Below, piece by piece: positions 8,449 through 17,796 of a stretch of DNA of 64,000 bases. This DNA comes from an uncultured Gemmatimonadales bacterium (lineage in GTDB: Bacteria; Gemmatimonadota; Gemmatimonadetes; Gemmatimonadales; GWC2-71-9), in NCBI GenBank assembly GCA_963695555.1, contig CAVOGR010000002.1, positions 416,001-480,000 of the forward strand, written 5' to 3'. The position numbers and the translations under genes are program-made. The notes beneath the pieces were generated by a model, which saw only the letters and a program-made list of their open reading frames with translations, had not been told where the DNA came from and did no database searches. Positions within the stretch are counted from its first letter, which is position 1, and every line of letters begins with the position of its first letter.

Positions 8449-10512
8449 ATGCGCCGCTTCCGGTCGGTCGCGTTGGTCCTCGCATTGCTGAGCGTGGGAC
8501 AAGGGTATCGCCAGCTCGCGGCCCAAACATGCGCCACGGGTCCGGTGGCCCTGGTGCTGTCGGGCGGTGGTGCCAAGGGTCTGGCCCACATCGGTGTCAT
8601 TCGCGCGCTCGACAGCGCCGGCGTGAGGCCGGACCTGATCGTGGGAACCAGCATGGGAGCGCTGATTGGGGCGCTCTATGCCAGTGGGTACTCTCCCGCG
8701 GCCATCGACTCGCTGGCACGAAGCCTTCCCATCTCCGATTTCTTCAGCACCTACGCGCCGCACGCGCCCAGGTCGCTTGGACGGCTGCAGCCCCTCGTGG
8801 TGTGGGAGCAAGGAGAAGGAGGATTTCACATCCGGGGTGCGGCGGTTGAAGAGGCGACCGTCAACGCCCTGCTCAATGTGGCCATGCTTCGCGGCAACCT
8901 CCTCGCGAGGGGGAACTTCGATTCCCTTACTATTCCGTTTCTTGCCGTGGCCACGGACTTGAACGATCGGAGCCCGGTGGCGCTCGACTCGGGTGACTTG
9001 GCCCAGGCCGTTCGCGCGAGCCTGGCCATTCCCTTGATCTTCGAACCGGTCCGTTTGCAGGGCCGCGTCCTGGTCGACGGCGGGCTCTCCCAGAACATCC
9101 CGGTCGGCATCGCCCGCATGCGCGGCGCGACGAGGGTGATCGTGTCGAATACGACGGAAGCGCCGACCGACTCGGCTGACTTCTTCTCACCGTTTCAATT
9201 GGCCGACCACCTGCTCGGGTTCCTGTTCCAGCAACCGGAGGACTCCATGCGTCCTGGAGACATCTACATCCGGTCCGATGTCTCCGGGTTTCGCAGCTTG
9301 GATTTTTCGCCGTCCAGCGTGGCCACCTTCATCGCGCGCGGCCGCCGCGCGGCCGACTCGGTTCTTGCCGGCGCTGCCTGCCTGCCGAAACAATCCGCGA
9401 TCGTGGCGACGCGACTGCCGTCTCGATTCGGTCTGGTCTCGGTGTCCGACGCCTCTCCGTCGGAGGCGCGCGAGGTTAGACAGCTCCTCGGTCTCGTGCC
9501 GGGGGGCGCAGTCGATACCATGCTCCTGAAACGACGGTTGCGACACCTCGCCAAACTCGACACCTACAAGGCGGTCTGGCTGGGTCCATCCGGGGGCGGA
9601 GATTCGGTCGACCTCAACGTGATGGTACGAGCGGCACCGTCGCGACAGGCCGGCCTTGGCCTCGCATTCGACAACGAACTCGGAGGACGGCTGTGGGTTG
9701 GCGGTGTTCACCGTGCCCTCTTTCGAACTAGTCTGGAAGGAAGTGCTGTGGTGTTTCTCGGCCGCTATCAGCAAGAACTCGACCTCGGGCTCCGGACAGA
9801 CGTGCGAATCGGATCGATGTTCCTGACCCCCACACTCAGCGTGCGCGGGTTCGATGACGACATCAGGGCGTTCGACAGCAAGGGCGACGAACTTCCTGAG
9901 TTCGCGACCACCGGGATCGAAGGCTTTCTCGGCCTCGAGCAACTGCTTCCTCGCGGCTGGGCCCTGGCACTCGGAGTAACCGCCCGGACCTGGGATGAGC
10001 CGAGTGCGGCGAATCGATCCGCTGCCGGCGCGCACGCCCGGATCGAAAAGGTTGGCCGTGCGGCGGAGCGCTTGTTCATGGTTGCCGGGACCTGGACGGA
10101 TCGGTACCGCCAGGCGGAGGCCGAGGGCACCGTCACCCTTATGGTCGGCCGGCTGAAAATCCGCCCCCGGGCTCGGCTCGGCTGGGGCGAGGATCTCCCG
10201 TTGGATCTTCAGTTTCCTCTGGGGGGCCACCAAGGATTTCCAGGCCTCCATCTGGGCGAGCGACGCGGCTCGCGAGAGGTGCTCGCGGGCGTGACCCTCT
10301 CACATCCAATCGTGCGAATTCTCGACGGCCGGCTGGACTTCGTTGTGGGACGGTCGGCTGCCGATGGGCCGCTCTTCGCTTCAGAGGACTGGCTCCTCGG
10401 GGTTCGCCTCGGCATCGGCGCCGACACACCGATTGGCCCGGTGCGAGTGGAGTACGGCATCACCGAGCAGGAGCGCGACGCGCTCTTCATTCGAATAGGC
10501 CAGTGGTTCTAG
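8449..10512 (+). CDS. patatin-like phospholipase with C-terminal outer-membrane beta-barrel (PlpD/type Vd-like)
   Basis: Signal peptide; GGGAKG, GTSMG and DGG motifs; C-terminal half of amphipathic beta-strands ending in Phe (IRIGQWF). Confidence 0.85.
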   Translation: MRRFRSVALVLALLSVGQGYRQLAAQTCATGPVALVLSGGGAKGLAHIGVIRALDSAGVRPDLIVGTSMGALIGALYASGYSPAAIDSLARSLPISDFFSTYAPHAPRSLGRLQPLVVWEQGEGGFHIRGAAVEEATVNALLNVAMLRGNLLARGNFDSLTIPFLAVATDLNDRSPVALDSGDLAQAVRASLAIPLIFEPVRLQGRVLVDGGLSQNIPVGIARMRGATRVIVSNTTEAPTDSADFFSPFQLADHLLGFLFQQPEDSMRPGDIYIRSDVSGFRSLDFSPSSVATFIARGRRAADSVLAGAACLPKQSAIVATRLPSRFGLVSVSDASPSEAREVRQLLGLVPGGAVDTMLLKRRLRHLAKLDTYKAVWLGPSGGGDSVDLNVMVRAAPSRQAGLGLAFDNELGGRLWVGGVHRALFRTSLEGSAVVFLGRYQQELDLGLRTDVRIGSMFLTPTLSVRGFDDDIRAFDSKGDELPEFATTGIEGFLGLEQLLPRGWALALGVTARTWDEPSAANRSAAGAHARIEKVGRAAERLFMVAGTWTDRYRQAEAEGTVTLMVGRLKIRPRARLGWGEDLPLDLQFPLGGHQGFPGLHLGERRGSREVLAGVTLSHPIVRILDGRLDFVVGRSAADGPLFASEDWLLGVRLGIGADTPIGPVRVEYGITEQERDALFIRIGQWF

Positions 10513-10521
10513 CGGGTCGTG

Positions 10522-11274
10522 CTAGGAGGCCATCCACAGCCGGATGGCAAAGACTACTACCATGATCATGACGACACGTCGAATCCAGTCGTGACCCTTG
10601 AGGACGCTCAGATGCACGCCCACTTGGCCGCCCAGCAGATTCCCCAGGGCCAAGGCCCCCCCGCTGGCCCAATCGACCTTCCCGTGTAGGCTGAACAGCA
10701 AGAGCGCGAGCGGAGTGAAGAGAAGGGCGGTGAGGACCTTGAGAGCGTTCCCCCGAACGAAGTCGAGCCCCACCATCGTGACCACCGCCAACACCAGGAA
10801 CCCCACCCCCGCCTGGATGAACCCGCCGTAGATCCCGATGCCGAAGAAGGCGGCCATGAACCATGGTCCCAGGGGAAGCGGCCCAGGTCGAGGCGTGCGT
10901 TTCCATCGCTTGAGTGGATCCCACAGCGTCCAGGCTGCGGCCACGATGATGACTCCCGCCAGGATCCGGCGGAACGCGTCGTCGCCGATGCGGATGGCCA
11001 GCCACGCGCCAACCATCGCCCCGAGCGCCGCCGGAACCCCCGCACGCGGAACCCAGCGCCAGTCGATCACGCGATGGCGGTGGAATCCCCACACGGCGCC
11101 AACGTTTTGCACCAGAATCGCGACCCGGTTGGTGCCGTTGGCCACGGTTGGCGGAAGTCCGAGAAAGATGAGCACCGGCAGCGTGAGGAGCGACCCGCCG
11201 GCCGCGATGACATTGAGCGCGCCCGCGACCAGCCCGACGGCAACCAGGATGATATAGCCAGTCCAATGTGTCAG
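10522..11274 (-). CDS. TauE/SafE family (DUF81) sulfite/anion exporter
   Basis: GLVAGALNVIAAGGSLLTLP, ANGTNR and YGGFIQAGVG motifs. The conserved N-terminus lies upstream of the first GTG (11175), so a CTG start at 11274 is inferred. Confidence 0.88.
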   Translation of the reverse strand: MTHWTGYIILVAVGLVAGALNVIAAGGSLLTLPVLIFLGLPPTVANGTNRVAILVQNVGAVWGFHRHRVIDWRWVPRAGVPAALGAMVGAWLAIRIGDDAFRRILAGVIIVAAAWTLWDPLKRWKRTPRPGPLPLGPWFMAAFFGIGIYGGFIQAGVGFLVLAVVTMVGLDFVRGNALKVLTALLFTPLALLLFSLHGKVDWASGGALALGNLLGGQVGVHLSVLKGHDWIRRVVMIMVVVFAIRLWMAS

Positions 11275-11296
11275 TGCGCTACCCTCGGTCGCTCCG

Positions 11297-14011
11297 CTAG
11301 CCCGTGTTTTGGAGACCGTCGGCGATCCCGTTGACCGATGCCAGAAGGGCCTGGAAAAGTTCCGGGTCGGTCCGTCCCGACGCGCGCCAACGAGACAAGA
11401 GGTCGACCTGGAGGAGGCTCATCGGGTCGACATACGGATTCCGCAATCGAATGGAGCGCTGCAAGACCGGATCGTCGTCCAGCAAGGCTGTGGCCCCTTT
11501 GAGTCGCAGGACCAAATCGACAGTGCGATCGAACTCCGTGCGTATCTGCGGAAAGAACGCACGGGCCCCCCTCGGGACCAAATCGGCGTAATGAGCAGCG
11601 ATCGCCATGTCTGCCTTGGCCAGCACCATCTCGGCATCGTCCAGCATGGCTCGAAAGAATGGCCAGCTTCGCGCCATCTCCTGGAGCATACTCTCCCCGT
11701 GGTGTTCCACCGCGACCTCCAAACCCCGGCCCAGCCCGTACCAGCCAGGCAGCAAATGCCGGCTTTGGGTCCAGGCGAAGACCCACGGAATCGCTCGGAG
11801 ATTCTCGATCCCCGTGTTCGAACGCCGCGTGGGCGGCCTCGAGGCGATCTGCAGCCGCTCGATAACGTCGATGGGAGTCGCCTCGCGGAAGTAGCTGATG
11901 AAGTCCGGGTTGTCGTACACGAGCGCTCGGTAGGCGTTCCGACTGGCCTGGGCGAGACGATGCACGACGACATGCCAGCTTGCCTCGCGCGGGTCGGGGG
12001 TACGTGGCTGGGCGGCGGCCACCAGCACGGCGGCGGTGACTTGCTCGAGCGAGCGCAATGCGATTGCTCCGAGCCCATACTTCGCGTTGATCACCTCTCC
12101 CTGCTCGGTGAATCGCAAACGACCCCGGATTGCGTTTCGCGGAGCGGCTTGGATCGCGCGGTCCTCCTTTCCGCCTCCCCGTCCGATCGTTCCGCCACGA
12201 CCGTGAAAGATTGTCAGCTCGATTCCTGTGCGGTCGAATGTCTCAACCATGGCAGCCTGGGATTGGTGGAGCGCCCATCGCGAGGCAACCAGCCCACCGT
12301 CCTTGTTGCTGTCGGAATACCCGACCATGACGATTTGCCGGTTGCCCCGACGCTGTAGGTGGCTGCGATACAGGGGATCGTCGAGGAGTGCCTGGAGGAT
12401 AGCCGGGGCATTCTGCAAATCGGACACGGTCTCGAACAGCGGCGCCACGTCGAGCGGGACGAAGCCCTCGCGGTCCACCAGGCCGCCCCAGCGTGCGAGC
12501 GCGAGAACCGAGAGCACGTCGTCGGCTCCTTGGGTCATGCTCGTGATGAACGGCCCGATGGCGCGCCGCCCGTATCGCGATTGACACTCGGACAATGCCC
12601 GAAAGACACCGAGCACGCCCTCAACGTCAGGGCCCGATGTGCCGGATGGAGACTCCCCACTCGCCAGCATCTCCCGGAGACGCCTGGTTCGCTCGTCGCT
12701 TGTGATCGCCTCCCAGTCCGGTTGATTCATCACACGACCGATCACCGCCCGGTGCACACGGGCATCCTGACGGATATCGAGCGTGAGCAAGTGGAACCCG
12801 AATGTGCGGACCCGGCGGAGGGCGCGCGTGACCGAGAAAAGGCCCGCGTGCTCTCCCTTGTTGCTGGCGAGACTTTGTGCCACGGCTTCGAGATCGGCCT
12901 CGAACGCCTCGACCCCGGGATACCCCACGGCCGCCTCGTCTCGGGTGGCCGCGAGTCGCGCCGCCATCAGGCGGAGGAGCACCCGATACGGCATGTCTCG
13001 ATGCCGGGGTGAGATCGACGCAAACACTTCGGGGAACTGACGAGCGTATTGTGCCCCCTTTTCAACGACGTCCTGCGCAACGGTAGCTCGGGATCGGCTT
13101 TGGCTCAGCGCACCGGCGAGACCGAGCACCTCCGAGCGGTAGCGCTCGAGTATGAGCGTGCGCTGGCGGGTGAGCGTCTTTCGGATCGTCTCAGCGGTAA
13201 CATTGGGGTTGCCATCCATATCGCCCCCGACCCAAGAGGCGCAGCGCACAAGCGGAGCGTGACGGGCGGTCCCGCTTGTCGACTGGTCGCTCACCCCGAC
13301 GGCCGCGTCGACTGCCTCATAGAACGTGGGAACGATGTGATAGATGATATGGTCGACATAGAAGAGCAGGTGGCCGAGTTCATCCATGACCGTCGGACGC
13401 ACGCGTGGGTGGGATTCCGTTTGCCAGATTGAGGTAATCTCCGCCCGGATGCGTGCCATGGCGACGCGCTCTTCGGGCACCGTACGAGCTGGGTCGAGAC
13501 GCTCGATCAGACATCGGGCAATTCGCTGCTCCTTCTCCAGAATGGTCTGGCGGGTCGACTCGCTCGGGTGGGCCGTAAAGACCGGCTCGATCGAAATAGT
13601 GTCGAGCACTTCTCGTATTTGCTTGGCACCGGCACCCGCGGCCCGGAGGCGACGAACCGCCTCTTCGAGGCCTCCCGGCTGCACCGTGCCCTGGCGGAGG
13701 TAGTCTCTTCGTCTGCGGATGCGGTGGACTTTCTCCGCGAGGTTGACGACCTGGAAATAGGCTGCAAAGGCTCGGGCCAGAGCCGCGGCATCGTGTGGAG
13801 GTAGTCCCTCGAGGGCTCTGGTCAATTCGCGTTCCGCGGTCGGGTCTGCCTCTCGACGCCGGATGGCCGTGCGCCTCGCAGCTTCTACCGTGCCGTAGAA
13901 ATCGTCGCCCCCTTGTTCCCGGAGCATCTCGCCAACGAGAGCGCCGAGCATCCGCACGTCCTCACGGAGCGGAACGTCCTTGGGCGAAAAATCAATCGTT
14001 CGCTCAGGCAT
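11297..14011 (-). CDS. ppc: phosphoenolpyruvate carboxylase
   Basis: VFTAHP, SWVGGDMDGNP, VAPLFET, MVGYSDSNKDGG, FHGRGGTIGRGG, LRAIPWVFAWTQ and C-terminal GLQNTG. Confidence 0.98.
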   Translation of the reverse strand: MPERTIDFSPKDVPLREDVRMLGALVGEMLREQGGDDFYGTVEAARRTAIRRREADPTAERELTRALEGLPPHDAAALARAFAAYFQVVNLAEKVHRIRRRRDYLRQGTVQPGGLEEAVRRLRAAGAGAKQIREVLDTISIEPVFTAHPSESTRQTILEKEQRIARCLIERLDPARTVPEERVAMARIRAEITSIWQTESHPRVRPTVMDELGHLLFYVDHIIYHIVPTFYEAVDAAVGVSDQSTSGTARHAPLVRCASWVGGDMDGNPNVTAETIRKTLTRQRTLILERYRSEVLGLAGALSQSRSRATVAQDVVEKGAQYARQFPEVFASISPRHRDMPYRVLLRLMAARLAATRDEAAVGYPGVEAFEADLEAVAQSLASNKGEHAGLFSVTRALRRVRTFGFHLLTLDIRQDARVHRAVIGRVMNQPDWEAITSDERTRRLREMLASGESPSGTSGPDVEGVLGVFRALSECQSRYGRRAIGPFITSMTQGADDVLSVLALARWGGLVDREGFVPLDVAPLFETVSDLQNAPAILQALLDDPLYRSHLQRRGNRQIVMVGYSDSNKDGGLVASRWALHQSQAAMVETFDRTGIELTIFHGRGGTIGRGGGKEDRAIQAAPRNAIRGRLRFTEQGEVINAKYGLGAIALRSLEQVTAAVLVAAAQPRTPDPREASWHVVVHRLAQASRNAYRALVYDNPDFISYFREATPIDVIERLQIASRPPTRRSNTGIENLRAIPWVFAWTQSRHLLPGWYGLGRGLEVAVEHHGESMLQEMARSWPFFRAMLDDAEMVLAKADMAIAAHYADLVPRGARAFFPQIRTEFDRTVDLVLRLKGATALLDDDPVLQRSIRLRNPYVDPMSLLQVDLLSRWRASGRTDPELFQALLASVNGIADGLQNTG

Positions 14012-14097
14012 GTGGCTGGTGCTGCGAAGCGGGGATGTCGCCGGAATCGTGTGCTACGAAGGGACGGTCGTAGGCACGCGGGCGCGGGATTGCGCTA

Positions 14098-14667
14098 CTA
14101 GATGTCGGCAATCGAGGTGGAGTACGACGCAGTTCGCGGTGTGGGCTTCCCGTAGCGTCCCTTCGCCGCGTAATGACGATTCCACTCTTCCTTGAGGCAA
14201 AACGGATCGAGCCCGTACGGGCGGTCTACCGCGAGCACGCCGTCGAGGTGATCGATTTCGTGTTGCAGCAACTCGGCGCGATCGCCCTCGAGGTCGACCT
14301 CGTGCTCGGCGCCTTTGAGGTCTTGGTACTTGACCTTGATCCGATGGACCCTGGACACCCGGACCAAGAGCTGCGGGAACGAGAAACAATCGTCCCAGAC
14401 GGCGAAGTCCTCGCCGCCGATATCGATGATCTCGGGATTGATGAGCGGCCACGGCTCGTCCATTTCCACATACACGATCCGGACCGGGGCTCCGATCTGG
14501 GGTGCGGCAATCGCCCGCCCACTGCCGAAGCGGGACTGCCAATCTCGGAGGGTGTCTCTCAGGTCGTCGACGATCATCCGGACCGCGGCCGAGCGCGGCT
14601 TGGCGATGATTTCACAGTTGGTACGGAGAACCGGGTCGCCCAGGAGGCGGATGCGATGAATGGTCAT
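14098..14667 (-). CDS. def: peptide deformylase-like protein with atypical motifs 1 and 2
   Basis: LGDPVLR, AIAAPQIG, LINP, DDCFS and QHEIDHLDG. Confidence 0.85.
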   Translation of the reverse strand: MTIHRIRLLGDPVLRTNCEIIAKPRSAAVRMIVDDLRDTLRDWQSRFGSGRAIAAPQIGAPVRIVYVEMDEPWPLINPEIIDIGGEDFAVWDDCFSFPQLLVRVSRVHRIKVKYQDLKGAEHEVDLEGDRAELLQHEIDHLDGVLAVDRPYGLDPFCLKEEWNRHYAAKGRYGKPTPRTASYSTSIADI

Positions 14668-14762
14668 GGCGTCCTGTGGCCGAAGGAGGGACTCGAGCCT
14701 AATCTCATGTCCGGCCACCTAATATTCAAGTCGCGGGGTCGCGCCACCCAGTATATCAATCG

Positions 14763-14787
14763 TAACCATTGTTATCACAACGAGTTA
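14763..14787. promoter_or_regulatory. 25-bp motif copy A (TAAS-N10-ACAAC-N2-GTTA), IHF-like
   Basis: TAACCATTGTTATCACAACGAGTTA in the AT-rich def/sufR intergenic region; same geometry as the copies at 32926 and 47180. Confidence 0.55.
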
Positions 14788-14817
14788 CGAATTCACACTA
14801 AAAATACTATATAAAAT

Positions 14818-14847
14818 TTGACAACCGGGGCGTCGGGGCATTAAAAT
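14818..14847 (+). promoter_or_regulatory. sigma-70 promoter of the suf operon, probably giving a leaderless transcript
   Basis: TTGACA (14818-14823), 18-nt spacer, TAAAAT (14842-14847). The ATG is at 14854 with no Shine-Dalgarno. Confidence 0.7.
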
Positions 14848-14853
14848 TCTTGC

Positions 14854-15555
14854 ATGTCACAGTCGGTTTCGCCCCTGGTAGAGGCCGCCGAGCTTCCGGT
14901 CGGGTACCGGGGGCCCCGCGGTTCGATTGTCGTCGAGCTCAAGCGCTCGGCCGGTCTCACCGCCAAGGAATTGGCGGCCAAGCTCGGTTTGTCCCTCAAC
15001 GCGACCCGCCATCACATCCGTGAGCTGGAGGCCGACGGCTTGATCGTGTACGAGCGGGAGCAGCGCGGCGTTGGGGCCCCGGTGTTCGTCTACCGCTTGT
15101 CGCGGCAGGGCGAGGCGCTCTTTCCCCGGCGCTACGAGCAGACCTTGACCGAGTTATTGGACCACGTCGTCGAGCGGGAGGGCCGGGCTGGGGCCGTGCG
15201 GCTCTTGGAGCGACACTTCGATCAGCTGCAACGGAAGTTGGTGTTGGAGCTCGAGGGGGTCTCGGCCCCGCGTCGGCTGGCGGTGGTGGCGCAGGTGTTG
15301 TCGCAGGAAGGGTTCATGGCCGAGTCGGAAGGGAGCGGCGCGAGCGGCACGCTCCGGGAGCACAATTGCGCCCTCCGGTCGGTGGCCGAGCGATTTCCGG
15401 AGCTATGCGCGGCCGAGCGACGGGTGCTCGCCGAGGTGCTGGCTGCGGAGGTTGAACGTCGCACCCATCTCTTGGGTGGCTGCGCCGCTTGTGAATATCA
15501 CGTGCAATTCACGCCAATGCCCGAGCAGACCGGGCCTGGGGAGAACGCCGACTAA
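14854..15555 (+). CDS. sufR: SufR-like HTH transcriptional regulator of Fe-S biogenesis
   Basis: N-terminal wHTH ([20 protein letters not shown]), FPRRY, and Cys ligands in HNCA, ELC and CAACEY; first gene of the suf operon. Confidence 0.8.
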   Translation: MSQSVSPLVEAAELPVGYRGPRGSIVVELKRSAGLTAKELAAKLGLSLNATRHHIRELEADGLIVYEREQRGVGAPVFVYRLSRQGEALFPRRYEQTLTELLDHVVEREGRAGAVRLLERHFDQLQRKLVLELEGVSAPRRLAVVAQVLSQEGFMAESEGSGASGTLREHNCALRSVAERFPELCAAERRVLAEVLAAEVERRTHLLGGCAACEYHVQFTPMPEQTGPGENAD

Positions 15556-16991
15556 TGACCGGATCAGTCGAATCACTGGTTCAGCGCCAATACAAGTACG
15601 GGTTCACGACGGACATTGAGTCCGACGTTGTTCCACGCGGCCTCAACGAAGACACGATCAGGCTGATCTCCGCCAAGAAGAAGGAACCTGCCTTCCTCCT
15701 GGAGTGGCGCCTCAAGGCCTACCGCGGGTGGCTCAAGATGACGGAGCCCCATTGGGCCAATGTTACGTACCCGCCGATCGACTACCAGGACATGATCTAC
15801 TACGCGGCGCCCAAGACGGCAAAGCCCCTGGGCAGCCTCGACGAGGTCGATCCCAAGCTGCTCGAGACCTACGCCAAGCTCGGGATACCGCTGTCTGAGC
15901 AAAAGCGCTTAGCGGGTGTGGCGGTCGACGCCATTTTCGACAGCGTATCGGTCGCGACCACGTACCGAGAGGCCTTGGCCAAGCGTGGCGTCATCTTCTG
16001 CTCGTTTTCCGAGGCAGTCCAGGAGCACCCGGAGCTGATCGAACGCTACTTGGGGTCGGTGGTGCCGCCGACAGACAACTTCTTCGCGGCCCTCAATGCC
16101 GCGGTGTTCAGCGACGGGTCCTTCGTATTCGTGCCCAAGGGCGTCGCGTGCCCGATGGAGCTCTCGACCTACTTCCGGATCAACACGGCGGACACGGGGC
16201 AGTTCGAGCGGACGCTGATCATTGCGGAAGAGGGAGCATCGGTGAGCTACCTCGAGGGCTGCACGGCACCGATGCGCGACACCAACCAGTTGCATGCGGC
16301 GGTGGTGGAGCTCGTGGCGCTGGACGATGCCACGATCAAGTACTCGACCGTGCAAAATTGGTACGCGGGCGACGAGAACGGCGTCGGCGGCATCTACAAT
16401 TTCGTCACCAAGCGCGGGAAGTGCGCTGGGCGTAACTCGCGCATTACCTGGACCCAGGTCGAAACCGGGTCCTCCATCACCTGGAAATATCCGAGCGTCC
16501 TGCTTCAGGGGGACAACTCGATTGGTGAGTTCTATTCCGTCGCCGTCACCAACAGTCGCCAGCAGGCCGATACCGGCACCAAGATGATTCACCTGGGCCG
16601 GAACACGCGGAGCACGATCATCTCCAAGGGTATTTCCGCCGGTCACGGCAACAACAGCTATCGCGGCCTGGTCAAGGTCTTGCCCAAGGCTGACGGGGCG
16701 CGCAACTACACCCAATGCGACTCCATGCTGATCGGCAACGAGTGTGGAGCGCACACGTTTCCGTATATCGACGTGCAGAACAACACGGCCTCGGTGGAAC
16801 ACGAGGCGTCGACCGCCAAGATCGGCGAAGACCAGATTTTCTATTGCCACCAGCGGGGGCTCGATACCGAGGACGCCATCTCCATGATCGTCAACGGCTT
16901 CTGTAAGGACGTCTTTCAGACGCTGCCCATGGAGTTTGCCGTCGAGGCGCAAAAGCTCCTCGGCATCAGTCTCGAAGGAAGCGTTGGGTAA
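15555..16991 (+). CDS. sufB: Fe-S cluster assembly protein SufB
   Basis: [46 protein letters not shown] and EHEAS. Confidence 0.98.
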   Translation: MTGSVESLVQRQYKYGFTTDIESDVVPRGLNEDTIRLISAKKKEPAFLLEWRLKAYRGWLKMTEPHWANVTYPPIDYQDMIYYAAPKTAKPLGSLDEVDPKLLETYAKLGIPLSEQKRLAGVAVDAIFDSVSVATTYREALAKRGVIFCSFSEAVQEHPELIERYLGSVVPPTDNFFAALNAAVFSDGSFVFVPKGVACPMELSTYFRINTADTGQFERTLIIAEEGASVSYLEGCTAPMRDTNQLHAAVVELVALDDATIKYSTVQNWYAGDENGVGGIYNFVTKRGKCAGRNSRITWTQVETGSSITWKYPSVLLQGDNSIGEFYSVAVTNSRQQADTGTKMIHLGRNTRSTIISKGISAGHGNNSYRGLVKVLPKADGARNYTQCDSMLIGNECGAHTFPYIDVQNNTASVEHEASTAKIGEDQIFYCHQRGLDTEDAISMIVNGFCKDVFQTLPMEFAVEAQKLLGISLEGSVG

Positions 16992-17046
16992 GCCGGCCGG
17001 GGTAGCGACCGACTCTCTCCACGCCTAACCACTGAGGAACACCGAC

Positions 17047-17796
17047 GTGCTCGAGATCAAGAATCTGCATGCGAAGGCTGAGGAAAATCTCATTCTCAAA
17101 GGGATCGACCTTACCGTACAGGCCGGTGAAGTCCACGCGGTCATGGGTCCGAACGGCTCCGGCAAGAGCACGCTGGCCCAAGTGTTGGCCGGGCACCCGG
17201 CCTATGAAGTGACCGAGGGATCGGTTCATTTCGAAGGCCAGGATCTGCTCGAGCTGGCGGCGGAGGAGCGAGCCGCGGCCGGCATTTTCCTCGCGTTTCA
17301 ATATCCGGTCGAGATTCCGGGCGTCTCCAACGCCTACTTTCTCAGAGCTGCGTACAACGAGCAGCGAAAGCGGCGCGGCCTCGAGGAGATCGACCCGATC
17401 GACTTCATGGATTTGATGGACGAGAAACTGTCCATGGTCCAGTGGAGCTCCGACATCCTCAGCCGGTCCGTCAACGCCGGGTTCTCCGGTGGCGAGAAGA
17501 AGCGCAACGAGATTCTTCAGATGGCGGTGCTGGAGCCGAAGCTCGCCATCCTCGACGAAACGGATTCCGGGCTGGACATCGATGCGTTGCGGATCGTCGC
17601 CGAGGGCGTGAACAGCCTTCGCCGTCCGGACAACGCCACGATCGTGGTGACGCACTACCAGCGGCTCCTGAACTACATCGTTCCGGACTACGTGCACGTC
17701 CTGTCCGGAGGGCGGATCGTCAAGTCCGGTGGCAAGGAACTCGCCCTCGAACTCGAGGCCCGGGGCTACGATTGGGTGCGCGAGGTGGCCGCCTGA
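17047..17796 (+). CDS. sufC: Fe-S cluster assembly ATPase SufC
   Basis: GPNGSGKST, FQYPVEIPGV, GFSGGEKKRNE and LDETDSGLD. Confidence 0.98.
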   Translation: MLEIKNLHAKAEENLILKGIDLTVQAGEVHAVMGPNGSGKSTLAQVLAGHPAYEVTEGSVHFEGQDLLELAAEERAAAGIFLAFQYPVEIPGVSNAYFLRAAYNEQRKRRGLEEIDPIDFMDLMDEKLSMVQWSSDILSRSVNAGFSGGEKKRNEILQMAVLEPKLAILDETDSGLDIDALRIVAEGVNSLRRPDNATIVVTHYQRLLNYIVPDYVHVLSGGRIVKSGGKELALELEARGYDWVREVAA

